Source: an uncultured Lentimicrobiaceae bacterium (GTDB lineage: Bacteria; Bacteroidota; Bacteroidia; Bacteroidales; 4484-276). From it: a DNA stretch of 46,129 nt. Location of the stretch: contig CAZTCX010000006.1 of assembly GCA_964612515.1 (NCBI GenBank), forward strand, positions 1 through 46,129, in the 5' to 3' direction. The notes beneath the pieces are model-generated. The model did no database searches, was not told where the DNA came from, and saw nothing but the letters and a program-made list of their open reading frames with translations. Positions 18,401-22,701 of the stretch are shown piece after piece. Position 1 is the stretch's first letter. Every line of letters starts with the position of its first letter. A program made the position numbers and the translations under genes.

Positions 18401-18931
18401 GTATTCAGGGCTGAGTTGTATCTCGTCCACATCAAATTCGGCCATCATGTCAAAAGAAAATAGTTTGTAATGAATGGTTTCGCCATAGGCAAAGCCTTCT
18501 TTGATCGGTGTGTCCGGGTCGTCGCCAAACAGCGAGAAAACGATACCCGCAGTATCAGGCCAGTAAATGGCACCAGCACACTGATATTGTCCCTGGGAGT
18601 TCAGGAAAAATCCGCCGATTGCATCGTTTTGCTTCAGCGGCATTCCGTTGATCTTAGGGCGGGCCTCTTTGGCCACAATTACCCCGGTAATATTACCGGT
18701 ATTCACTGGCAAGTCCCACCCCGGAGGATAAGTAAAAGAACTTTTGGAATTAGAATTTTCCAATAACGAATCAAGAATTTTCTTCCCATTTAAAATCATT
18801 TCAGGATTTTCCTGACTTACCCCATCGGGCAACTGAGAATAAATTTGAGCGTTAAGTGTGTTTGTAGTGCATAGTGTTAGCGTCAGGGCATAGACCGCCA
18901 CCCTGATAATCCAGTTGTAACATAAACTCAT
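3452..18931 (-). CDS. Giant (5,159 aa) secreted repeat protein, T9SS type-A cargo; putative fibrillar surface adhesin built from ~50 copies of an unassigned ~87-aa module
   Basis: A single uninterrupted 15,480-nt ORF. It has an N-terminal signal peptide and ~50 tandem modules sharing AGxDxxxC...W-x-T-x-G-D-G-T-F...Y-x-P-G-x-x-D...G-x-V-x-L-x-L-T-A...C. The C-terminus carries YPNPTSGMVYV...IHMRIYNDSQVIHRKLIVK, typical of a T9SS sorting domain. Confidence 0.9.
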   Translation of the reverse strand: MSLCYNWIIRVAVYALTLTLCTTNTLNAQIYSQLPDGVSQENPEMILNGKKILDSLLENSNSKSSFTYPPGWDLPVNTGNITGVIVAKEARPKINGMPLKQNDAIGGFFLNSQGQYQCAGAIYWPDTAGIVFSLFGDDPDTPIKEGFAYGETIHYKLFSFDMMAEFDVDEIQLSPEYTMSNKWYPLNLIKLIKMNCFEDVIVRAAANQELFCDQGTASLNAEIITGSGNITYNWTSIPPGFTSSLKNPSVSVTEDKIFKVKATLGTATATSFIGICVSKSAFVNIGEDIATCGINQILLSPVVQNVSNVFWSTSGDGTFENSNTANTIYYFGNGDFNNNGVILSIACQPMAPCTAQATDQMEITLFPSPIVVVPQDLFTCQGVPVDIEATASNVSGLLWQTAGNGTFSNPTSLVTTYTPGTYANSHSTVKLTLTGYGQPPCDASIVKETFLQINKPAICYAGDDATICANETFTTCATASYQSTVKWYTSGDGTFVDDTQLVTTYTPGPNDKINGKPRLTIYVTSIEPCVGVKFDRMDLWVNPDPVVNAGEDFATLNTAIVPLNGTASSYSSLLWSTAGDGTFANAQQAVTSYSPGAGDLNNKSVFLTLKANPLAPCTTPAEDGLLVSFVEGAVANAGPDVTICGATKVTLQGSATNYVSVLWSTSGSGTFANATQLSTQYTPSAADVTAGQVFLSLTPFGQPPFVNGNADQKIVTILKPAVVNQITAPASVCQTQPISLSASASNYGSLLWTSTGDGAFSNPSILNPQYTPGSQDIANGSVKLTLTASSVSPCSGNAVMNKTIQIKHAPLANAGNDVTACQGTQVSVSGSVQYNSGVLWTTSGDGSFSNAQQLATSYNPGNNDIQLGTVTLTLTAGAQQPCTVSAADQLVVTIFKNPVSNAGNDIASCERQPIAISGTASNYNSTVWETSGNGTFANKNARSTTYNPSNQDVAAGGVTLTLRALPKSPCQTTAEDSRLVTLSTSPVVNAGSNITVCEQQNVQLSGTATNAQSVIWSTNGNGTFANASALSTTYTPGNLDIANGQVVLQLTAISGNTCSNASGSLTVSITRNPVVNAGNNGQVALGSSFTINGASATNASSIFWTTPNGAGTIQNANSLTATYTPLEADYNTQVVVLKLTALPINPCVTASFDEMNLTITSGCENATAYAGADQQICFNPGTPVALSSATAQNYASLLWSTQGDGTFSNSGLLRPTYTPGAGDAQNGFVLLNLLAKANGVCDDATDQIKIVLLTPATVNAGVDATICVNQSFNTNGVVTNAETLQWTTSGDGSFANPNQRQTQYFPGIADKTAGTVQLCLSADGIQSCPIVNDCMTLHLQPMPNIYAGNDLTLIIGDLYNTNAAQANNYSSLLWSTSGDGTFANPSALSTIYTPGQADYQNKVVTLKLIANAQNPCVGNIQDEMVITFVNGCEDAVANAGSDRTVCETSNVTLGGTAQNQTSVLWTTSGNGTFNDATNINATYYPGTADIATGNVQLCLTAFANGECNDATDCLNVTFGKAPIANAGSDITVCGGSFVNLIGQPQNHTSFQWVTLGTGYFSPPTSLTPKYFFSGLDKQLGQVKIVFKATNATCGTVSDTLTVTINTPPTVYAGGNASVCASQPFTIANASATNYTALLWSTTGDGTFNNASLLHATYYAGTNDKTTGTVTLTLSAVGLSGCQQAQNSFMLTLIPSAIANAGNDMTICATQTAALAGQASNYESLLWETIGDGTFANAANLSTTYFPGAADRALGYVEVSLTAFSSGNCGDATSELQINIIKMPTANAGNNQQICEGSQVQLSATATHHTGIIWNTSGDGVFNNPFALNAKYTPGTADIAAGIVTLCLTAKGTTPCGNATDCTDINIIALPTVFAGADAAICQGGSLLLTGIAAHYSSLLWITNGDGTFTNGQGANAQYHPGSQDIAAGSVEICLNAQGLSGCGNASSCLLLTIEKNPVVFAGNDATIDQGSSYKTLLANAQHYSWIEWSTSGSGTFTNPLQAVTIYTPSQADYQNQPVTLTLNALPKNPCTLPVSDAMLLTINILDLMVDAGEDAVVCSGQNIQLAAQAINYATLQWSTSGNGTFSNASILNPIYTPCSGEIYNGQATLCLKAFGNDGQSISDYITLTFQKPPLAFAGSDNTVPISEGYHLTQSYAENFETIQWYTSNGMGMFDSESILHPTYYASPMDIMQGQIFIFIAVSPITPCQIADEDMVAINFVGDCIDATAFAGADMHLCKELETSSVLLAEAVAKNFSSVLWTSNGSGTFDYNYISRPQYYPSEQDLDNGSVTLTMSVAAYETCTSASDQIVLYFDDMPEVWAGNDMTVCSTVGLPLFGTASNYASLTWTTSGDGVFTDGDTPQPIYYPGSGDASAPSVTLCLNAQGYGECLPASDCIKVTFVPVPQVNAGNNAAVCAGNSYVLQGTAANYASVHWTSEGDGTFDNATLLQAKYTPGTTDLLYGSVELCLTAQGLMGCPENISCTTLEIRYNPTADAGQDAMAVTGQQYLIDDATAQYQSAVQWLTNGSGIFGNANQLNTTYTPSVLDEQQQQVILTLQAAPFNPCTVAASDQKQLTITPNCQDAIVNAGSDITFCSGGSIALSATAQNQTGVLWTTNGDGTFASATNINTTYLPGAADIVNGNVQLCLTAFASGDCNDATDCLTITFGTPPIVDAGADISACTTNSFVQLNGQAQNYQSFQWVTLGTGYFSPTTSQTPKYFFSGLDKQLGEVKLVFKATNATCGTVSDTLTVTINKAAVVFAGSNATICASDPFINTNATATYYSALLWSTNGDGTFDNASMLHATYYAGSNDATAGMVTLTLSAAGLSGCQQAQSNFTLTLIPSAYANAGNNLTLCATENALLAGQAANYESLLWETTGNGTFANATVLNTTYFPGTADRTLGYVKVSLTAFSSGNCGDATSELQINIIPMPTVNAGNNQQICAGKQVQLSATAANYASLTWSTNGDGSFNNTSALNAKYTPGAADKLNGNVGLCLTAQGLMGCPESTSCISISIQKNPIANAGQDAVAITGKQFQINDATAQYHTAVQWITNGSGIFGNANQLNTTYTPSVPDEQQQQVVLTLQAAPLNPCTVAASDQKQLTITPDCQDAIADAGADLTVCYSGGIVLTATAQNQTGVLWNTSGDGTFGAVSNINTSYFPGTSDRTAGTVQLCLTAFAGGNCNNATDCLEIIFGNSPVIDAGENVTLCVTEDYIDLVGSAVNGGNILWITTGEGFFTSPNQLVTRYVFSFYEKIGGRVDLILSATNSPCEAVYDTLCVTFNAQPIVYAGEDATICGNEEYMLFEAFAADYQSLQWITSGDGTFEDAAFLNTIYYPGAADIVAETVELQLVANPLAGCTSDASSFVLTLIPSAYANAGNDMIICETGTATLVGQAADYESLLWTTKGDGAFTNAAALNTTYLPGAGDIALGKAKISLTAFSSGNCGDAISEMIINILPVPTANAGNDQQICAGEQVQLSAIATNFASVVWSTSGDGVFNNPSALNAMYTPGAADLQNGFVTLCLKAISAAACADALSCIEIEIQKSPIANAGADAVICQNQTYQLSGTASNNNGVLWSTAGDGSFNNATLPNAIYTPGANDKSQGSVVLSLKAFANGVCDNAFDAMLLTIQPAPVINAGADFTICESNFAQLIATGTKYSSLAWTTAGDGTFNNASLANATYFPGSQDKMMGYANLTITAQGISPCTQISDGLKITLQPNPEIAALENVAICPGQTITVVAVAAHYQSVFWSTTGDGTFATPQALSSVYYPGANDVAAGGADLCITATGRFACENTMACMQLTIISLPEVAAGNDVTICNTANVALSAQASKFESLQWTTTGDGTFSTTTALVSIYTPGNNDIAEGSAKICLNAFAENGCGQSQDCLVITLQTPPTADAGEDQTLCVNQYATISGASANASSVLWSSDGDGTFANPSAHTTTYYPGATDNANLGAKLCLTAQSGGGICEPVSDCLILTFQPGPTAFAGNDVTVCANQNVPLQATATGHSSVFWNTSGTGSFSNPQILNPTYFPSQVDKNNGFVQLTIKATGSNGCGFVTDAVAVSLVPVPVANAGVDATTCQTTPYILNGSVQNTISIQWTTNGDGTFADPTAAITTYTPGSNDALNGYVNLCLQANGQSPCVTTNDCMKLTIMKSPTVYPGGDILSCADNQVSLQGQATNQLSVLWSTDGDGTFANASALVTKYFPGTADVSNGGTELCLTAFGKANCEAVSECLTLTIVPLPFAYAGSDAIIEQGESYQLLDATAEHHSEVIWHTSGTGVFINANELNTIYTPSNSDVGQGNVVLKLEAKPENPCTISATCELTLTIERNDCIDAEANAGADLTICTGESIMLENAMINFAEAILWSTTGDGTFDDATLLHPTYFPGIIDDVVGTVTLCVQAIATPPCQDANDCVKVTILQNAVVYAGGDNIVPFGEPYHIADAWAENASLVQWYTTNGMGMFENPTSVNASYIASPFDVYQDTIHLAMAVMSINPCVMDAADEIALKLTQEGDDAQANAGANIFICGNDSIVALAGSASGYKALQWTTGGDGTFDHPNAGVGKYKLGPADRGADEITLYLHAIAFDDFASAIDSLTITKPVMPLVEAGADKTVCEGGIVETTLASAEDYSNILWTTSGDGTFTNASSILTIYSPGMADAANGQAELTLTAFALAPCTNSISSSFMLTIDPLPAFVSNLTDTYVVIGESIVLNMEVENATGCQWYGPDGMIAGANMPELLIAQATYEDEGYYYFEVFNDCGSATSNVMYLQVYDQQIVMIPAGWSGLSSWINPGDPNIEAIFDPYLDDFVIARNYSEMFYPEHNVKTLNLWDAQTGYTVKFSTSVAFKLVGDNNSNRKVQMVSGWNYLPVISSCPVNIATLLAGYDTKVQIVKEIAGTGVYWPALSINTIGELQPGRAYEIRAAQPFSLTFAECDGLKSSAGAAPLQPKYDTPWNEIHYSPASHSIAIHDDLAAILQPGDILGAFTTSGICAGAHQINDFGNVIVLFGNDVLTDATDGFAENEAIRFEVIRPATGEQFTLEVAFDQTFACHNGQFVSGGVSVITKTSTTAIPTPDDTSLISVYPNPTSGMVYVSGVKSDMQIELRNVNGQVLQTISCRLAEDGENRVAIDLSSFATGVIHMRIYNDSQVIHRKLIVK
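3455..3691 (-). other. T9SS type-A C-terminal sorting domain (CTD)
   Basis: LISVYPNPTSGMVYVSG...IELRNVNGQVLQT...LSSFATGVIHMRIYNDSQVIHRKLIVK has the conserved YPNP motif and the terminal beta-strand pattern of Por secretion-tail domains. Confidence 0.85.
3791..4075 (-). other. C-terminal copy of the head-type domain (aa ~4953-5047)
   Basis: See the N-terminal domain entry. The shared motifs are xD-I/L-G-x-F, CAGA, LFG(D/N)D and (E/D)GFA-x-x-E-x-I-x-(F/Y). Confidence 0.6.
4607..4834 (-). other. Immunoglobulin (I-set-like) domain following the repeat array
   Basis: NLTDTYVVIGESIVLNMEVENATGCQWYGPDG...ATYEDEGYYYFEVFNDCGSATSNVMYLQV shows the Ig pattern C...W...Y.DxG.Y.C. Confidence 0.6.
8288..9598 (-). 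repeat. Super-repeat copy 3: 5 modules (a-b-c-d-e), more diverged, aa 3112-3548
   Basis: The module order is the same, at a 1,584-nt offset from copy 2. Modules a, d and e are clearly alignable (for example SLTAFSSGNCGDA[T/I]SE), while b and c are more diverged. Confidence 0.75.
9599..11182 (-). repeat. Super-repeat copy 2: 6 modules (a-b-c-d-e/l chimera-m), aa 2584-3111
   Basis: Exactly 528 aa / 1,584 nt. Module b matches copy 1 at 54 of 58 residues from SFQWVTLGTGYFSP to TLTVTIN. Module 5 mixes e-type and l-type segments. Confidence 0.8.
11183..14626 (-). repeat. Super-repeat copy 1: 13 modules (a-b-c-d-e-f-g-h-i-j-k-l-m), aa 1436-2583
   Basis: Modules a-e and l-m recur in the same order in copy 2. 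The offset between matching positions is 3,447 nt, measured from conserved antisense-ORF strings at 14118/10671 and 13431/9984. Confidence 0.8.
18092..18334 (-). other. Divergent first PKD/Ig-like module (aa ~200-280)
   Basis: FCDQGTASLNAEIITGSGNITYNWTSIPPGF...KATLGTATATSFIGICV keeps the C...L.A...Y.W pattern of PKD-like modules but lacks the GDGTF core. Confidence 0.4.
18407..18736 (-). other. N-terminal non-repeat head domain (aa ~66-175), homologous to a C-terminal domain of the same protein
   Basis: It contains NDAIGGFF...YQCAGA...IVFSLFGDDPDTPIKEGFAYGETIHYKLF. Compare GDILGAFT...GICAGA...VIVLFGNDVLTDATDGFAENEAIRFEVI at aa ~4953-5047. Confidence 0.6.
18848..18931 (-). other. Signal peptide of the giant protein
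   Basis: MSLCYNWIIRVAVYALTLTLCTTNTLNA|Q has a hydrophobic core followed by a small-residue cleavage-like site. Confidence 0.6.
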
Positions 18932-18968
18932 GATTTCCCCTTTCTTTAGCCATTGTCAAATTATGTTA

Positions 18969-18993
18969 CCGGCAGAATCCCCATTACTGCCGG
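18969..18993 (-). other. GC-rich hairpin 38-62 nt upstream of the giant ORF start
   Basis: CCGGCAG-aatccccatta-CTGCCGG is a perfect 7-bp stem. No U-tract follows on either strand, so it is not a classical terminator. Confidence 0.3.
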
Positions 18994-19415
18994 CTAATCC
19001 TGACAAATCTGTTGTTAGAAAATAATTTGATTTTTGTGGTTAGCAAAAAACTTTCTTTGTTAAAATAATAAGTTGGTTAAAATGTTGGGCGGCTAAGATA
19101 ATAAACTGGAAGTACTATACAAGGGTCGGATACTGTATTTGTTAATAAAGTATAAAGAAATGCAGACTACTACAATGTGTATCAACACTTTAAATTTCTA
19201 GTTTAGAACATTTATAAATAGAAAGTACCATTGAAAAGGTGTTGAATATTGATTTTTTGGCGCTTAGCAATTAGCAAGCCAACAAGAGGTATTTCCCTTT
19301 TTCATACTGTAATTTAGAATTACTACTAATAAGCGGGCGGAAGAAAAGTAAGGAGCCATAACTCACTTTTGGCAGGGTCGAATGGTTTAAACCAAAATTT
19401 TTAAGAGTGAAATTT

Positions 19416-20834
19416 TCACAAATCCACAACCAATTGCTCCTGCTCCGAGCGTGCAATGATGACCGCGCCGCAGGTATCGCTCCACACATTTACAGTTGTC
19501 CTGAACATGTCCAAAATCCGATCGACAGCCAGAATAAGACCCACTCCTTCGAGTGGCAATCCTACAGCGGTAAGTATTACCGTCATCATCACCAGGCCCG
19601 CCATGGGGATAGCCGCCGCACCAATGGATGCAAGCAATGCAGTAGCCACAATGATGAGTTGATTAAGCAGCGACATCTCAATTCCATAGGCCTGCGCAAT
19701 AAACATGGCAGCCACACACTCATAAAGCGCCGTTCCATCCATATTAATCGTGGCTCCGAGTGGCAAAGTAAAACTGCTGATTTTGTTGGAAACGCCCGAT
19801 TTTTTCTCAACGGCCGTCATGGTGAGCGGCAGCGTAGCCCCTGATGAGGAGGTGGAAAAAGCGGTGAGCAGTGGCGTGGTCATGTTGCGCAGATGTGCAA
19901 ACGGATGCACCCGCCCGACAAAGCGCAGCAAAAGAGGCAGCGTAATTAGAGCATGAATGGTGAGTCCTGCAATAACCGTTGTCATGTAAAGACCCATGCT
20001 CGATATCAATCCTAAAAGATCGTCCTGGTCGGCTACTACTTTTGAAACAATTCCGAAGATTCCCAATGGTGTAAACAGGATGACAAACATCACAATCTTC
20101 ATCATTACTTCGAAAAAAGCATTAAAAAAATCGATGAGCACCTGGCGTGGCCTTTCGTCAATTTTCATAATGAAAAAGCCAAACAGGATCGCAAAAAAGA
20201 TAATGGCAAGCATATCGGCATCAGCTAGCGCTCTGAAAATATTGTCGGGAACGATGCCGAGGATAATATCCACAAAGCTCTTTTGTTTGTCCACGAGATC
20301 TCCGACTTCCTGTGTCAGAATGATTTCGGTTCCCACGCCCGGCCGTATCAGATTTACCAGCAGCAAACCGGTAACGATTGCCAGCAGGCTGGTGGAGAGA
20401 TAATACCCCATTGTTTTCAAGCCAAGCCGTCCGAGGTTGCTGCCACTACCAATGTTTGTAACGCCTGAAATTAGCGAACTAAGAATGAGTGGAATGATGA
20501 TCATGCGCAAGGCGCGCAAGAAGAGGTCGCCCATCCAGCTTACTGCTTTGATGGCAGGATTGGCATAGGAAAACCTCACCAGCAGCGGGTAGTATTTCTC
20601 GTAAGCTGCCAGCGGGAGCTGCTGTTTTGTAATCTCCGCAAGGCCATCATATGTGTAACTACTATCACTCTGAACCTCCCTTAAGGCAGCAAGCACTTCG
20701 GAAGGAACCATCCTTTTTTCGAGTTTATCATTTACCTTTTCGTCCAAAACATAGCGTGTTGGAAAAAGCAAACCATAAATTATAGCAAGTATCAGTGCAA
20801 TGAGAATCTGCCAGTGGAGGGCAATTTTTTTCAT
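19416..20834 (-). CDS. Dicarboxylate/amino acid:cation symporter (DAACS / GltP-SstT family)
   Basis: 472 aa and polytopic, with the family signature SSSGATLP...GATINMDGTALYECVAAMFIAQ. Confidence 0.85.
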   Translation of the reverse strand: MKKIALHWQILIALILAIIYGLLFPTRYVLDEKVNDKLEKRMVPSEVLAALREVQSDSSYTYDGLAEITKQQLPLAAYEKYYPLLVRFSYANPAIKAVSWMGDLFLRALRMIIIPLILSSLISGVTNIGSGSNLGRLGLKTMGYYLSTSLLAIVTGLLLVNLIRPGVGTEIILTQEVGDLVDKQKSFVDIILGIVPDNIFRALADADMLAIIFFAILFGFFIMKIDERPRQVLIDFFNAFFEVMMKIVMFVILFTPLGIFGIVSKVVADQDDLLGLISSMGLYMTTVIAGLTIHALITLPLLLRFVGRVHPFAHLRNMTTPLLTAFSTSSSGATLPLTMTAVEKKSGVSNKISSFTLPLGATINMDGTALYECVAAMFIAQAYGIEMSLLNQLIIVATALLASIGAAAIPMAGLVMMTVILTAVGLPLEGVGLILAVDRILDMFRTTVNVWSDTCGAVIIARSEQEQLVVDL

Positions 20835-20974
20835 CAGCTATTTTTTACACATTATTGACATGTAATGAATTTGGGTGGCTAAACTACACAATTTCATTTA
20901 TTCCACCGATAGTCACTGCCATTCTTCGCCTAAAAGGCCTATTTTTGTTTTTTAATTTTTTAAATTTACAACCA

Positions 20975-22540
20975 ATGAAGATACTCAGGATGATAATGCT
21001 TCTCGTGTCCGTGCTTGCCTTGCAGCACCTGGCCGCGCAACACACCAACATAATGATTAGCAATACGAGCGTTCCGGAGGAGCCTACCATATACATCGAT
21101 CCCAACAATACCAATCGCATTATTGCCGGTGCTAATATTAATAATTTGTTCTACTCGAATGATGGTGGCTTTAGCTGGGAAGTGAAAAAGCTCTATTCGT
21201 CGGCTTATGGAGTGGCCGGCGACCCGGTGGTGATTGTGGATCAGACCGGGAATTATTATTATTTTCATCTCTCCAGCCCACCCAATGGCAGTTGGCTCGA
21301 CCGCATTGTTTGTCAAAAATCTACTGACGGCGGCGTAACGTGGAATCAAGGTTCTTACATGGGTTTGAATGGTGACAAAGACCAGGACAAACCGTGGGTG
21401 GATATCGACAGGAACAATGGAAATATCTATGCAACCTGGACGCAGTTTGACGTCTATGGCAGCTCCAATTTACAGCACCGCAGTAATATTATGTTTTCGA
21501 AATCTATCGACAGCGGCGAAAGCTGGTCGCAGGCGATAAGGATAAATGAAGTTGATGGCAACTGCATCGACAGCGGTGAAACGGTAGAAGGTGCCGTTCC
21601 GGCTGTTGGGCCTAATGGCGAAATTTACGTTTGCTGGGCGGGCCCGCTGGGTTTGGTTTTTGACCGGTCGCTTGATCAGGGAGAAACCTGGCTCGAAAAC
21701 GACATATTTGTGAGCGACTTCCCGGGAGGATGGGATTTCAACATCCCCGGCATTTCACGCTGCAACGGGATGCCCATTACGGTGTGCGACCTGAGCGGTG
21801 GCCCGAACCATGGAACTATTTACATCAACTGGTCCGATCAACGTAATGGCACCGACGACACCGATGTGTGGCTCGTGAAATCAACCGACGGTGGCAATAC
21901 CTGGAGTGAGCGTATTCGTGTAAACGATGACCCACCAGGAAGACAGCAATTTTTTACCTGGATGACTGTAGATCAGGTTACCGGCCATCTGCATTTTGTT
22001 TTCTACGACCGACGCAACTACGACGACACCAACACCGATGTATATATGGCAACTTCCACTGATGGCGGTGAAACCATTAGTAACTTCAAAATCAGCGAGG
22101 AACCCTTTGTACCTACGTCGGGTATTTTCTTTGGCGATTACAACAATATCTCGGCTGTAAACAATGTGATTCGCCCCATCTGGACGCGTCTGCACAACGG
22201 GCAACTCAGCGTGTGGACGGCGATCATCGACACTACCCTCACCAGCATTGAAAATCATGACGAACCGGCGATACCGTTTGCACTGCACCAGAATTATCCC
22301 AATCCTTTCAGCGCCACCACTCACTTTTCGTTTAAGCTGCGAAGCCCGGCAACCGTTACTTTAAAAATTTATGATTTGTACGGACGACATATTGCATGCC
22401 TGATAGACCACGAGAGACTTGGCATTGGCATGTATCTCGAACATTTCGATGCCCGCAAATACAACCTGACGCCCGGCGTGTATTATTTCTCGCTCACCGG
22501 CGACAACGTAAACAGGGTGCGGATGATGGTGGTAGAATAG
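20975..22540 (+). CDS. BNR/Asp-box repeat (sialidase-like beta-propeller) protein with T9SS type-A CTD
   Basis: Six SxDxGxTW-type Asp-boxes are present: SNDGGFSW, STDGGVTW, SIDSGESW, SLDQGETW, STDGGNTW, STDGGETI. The signal peptide MKILRMIMLLVSVLALQHLAAQ begins at ATG 20975, so the track's longer start at 20855 is unlikely. The C-terminus NYPNPFSATTHFSF...GVYYFSL...VRMMVVE is a sorting domain. TATTTTTG (20940-20947) is a -7 box 28 nt upstream. Confidence 0.8.
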   Translation: MKILRMIMLLVSVLALQHLAAQHTNIMISNTSVPEEPTIYIDPNNTNRIIAGANINNLFYSNDGGFSWEVKKLYSSAYGVAGDPVVIVDQTGNYYYFHLSSPPNGSWLDRIVCQKSTDGGVTWNQGSYMGLNGDKDQDKPWVDIDRNNGNIYATWTQFDVYGSSNLQHRSNIMFSKSIDSGESWSQAIRINEVDGNCIDSGETVEGAVPAVGPNGEIYVCWAGPLGLVFDRSLDQGETWLENDIFVSDFPGGWDFNIPGISRCNGMPITVCDLSGGPNHGTIYINWSDQRNGTDDTDVWLVKSTDGGNTWSERIRVNDDPPGRQQFFTWMTVDQVTGHLHFVFYDRRNYDDTNTDVYMATSTDGGETISNFKISEEPFVPTSGIFFGDYNNISAVNNVIRPIWTRLHNGQLSVWTAIIDTTLTSIENHDEPAIPFALHQNYPNPFSATTHFSFKLRSPATVTLKIYDLYGRHIACLIDHERLGIGMYLEHFDARKYNLTPGVYYFSLTGDNVNRVRMMVVE

Positions 22541-22541
22541 G

Positions 22542-22561
22542 AATCCTTTTTAGTAAGGATT
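22542..22561 (+). terminator. Weak candidate terminator after the BNR gene
   Basis: AATCCTT-tttagt-AAGGATT is followed by TTCTTT. The stem is only 7 bp and AT-rich. Confidence 0.35.
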
Positions 22562-22633
22562 TTCTTTACCGGACAACAATGAATCCGAATATTAAAACGT
22601 GCACCCATCCCTTAAAATCCTGTTTTATAGCCG

Positions 22634-22663
22634 TTTGATATTTTGATAATTATACTAATTTTG
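22634..22663 (+). promoter_or_regulatory. Candidate promoter TTTG-N18-TAATTTTG upstream of the first TetR gene
   Basis: It matches the Bacteroidota -33 TTTG / -7 TAnnTTTG architecture and lies 38 nt before ATG 22702. Confidence 0.4.
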
Positions 22664-22701
22664 CCCCCTGTCGAAGCTAAAATTCTAACGAACCAAAATT
22701 G

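Noticed and set aside
3764-18766. Dozens of plus-strand ORFs (60-146 aa) overlap the giant gene. Several look conserved between copies, e.g. 10602-10790 vs 14049-14258 and 8358-8672 vs 9867-10064 vs 13293-13511.
   Set aside because: Their apparent conservation is exactly the 3,447- and 1,584-nt super-repeat of the sense strand read in antisense. They have odd composition, no start context and no independent motifs, so they are shadow ORFs.
3452-18931. The giant ORF as an SprB-type gliding adhesin, or as an NRPS/PKS megasynthase.
   Set aside because: The CTD looks like type A (YPNP... sorting domain), not the type-B SprB class. There is no adjacent sprF/porP-like gene and no SprB-repeat signature. 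No adenylation, condensation, KS or AT motifs occur anywhere in the protein.
19058-19145. Isolated TGTTAA hexamers (19058 and 19140) upstream of the giant gene, which might link it to the two-component regulon.
   Set aside because: There are only two copies, 82 bp apart and unphased, in an AT-rich region and on the opposite strand relative to the gene. This is consistent with chance.
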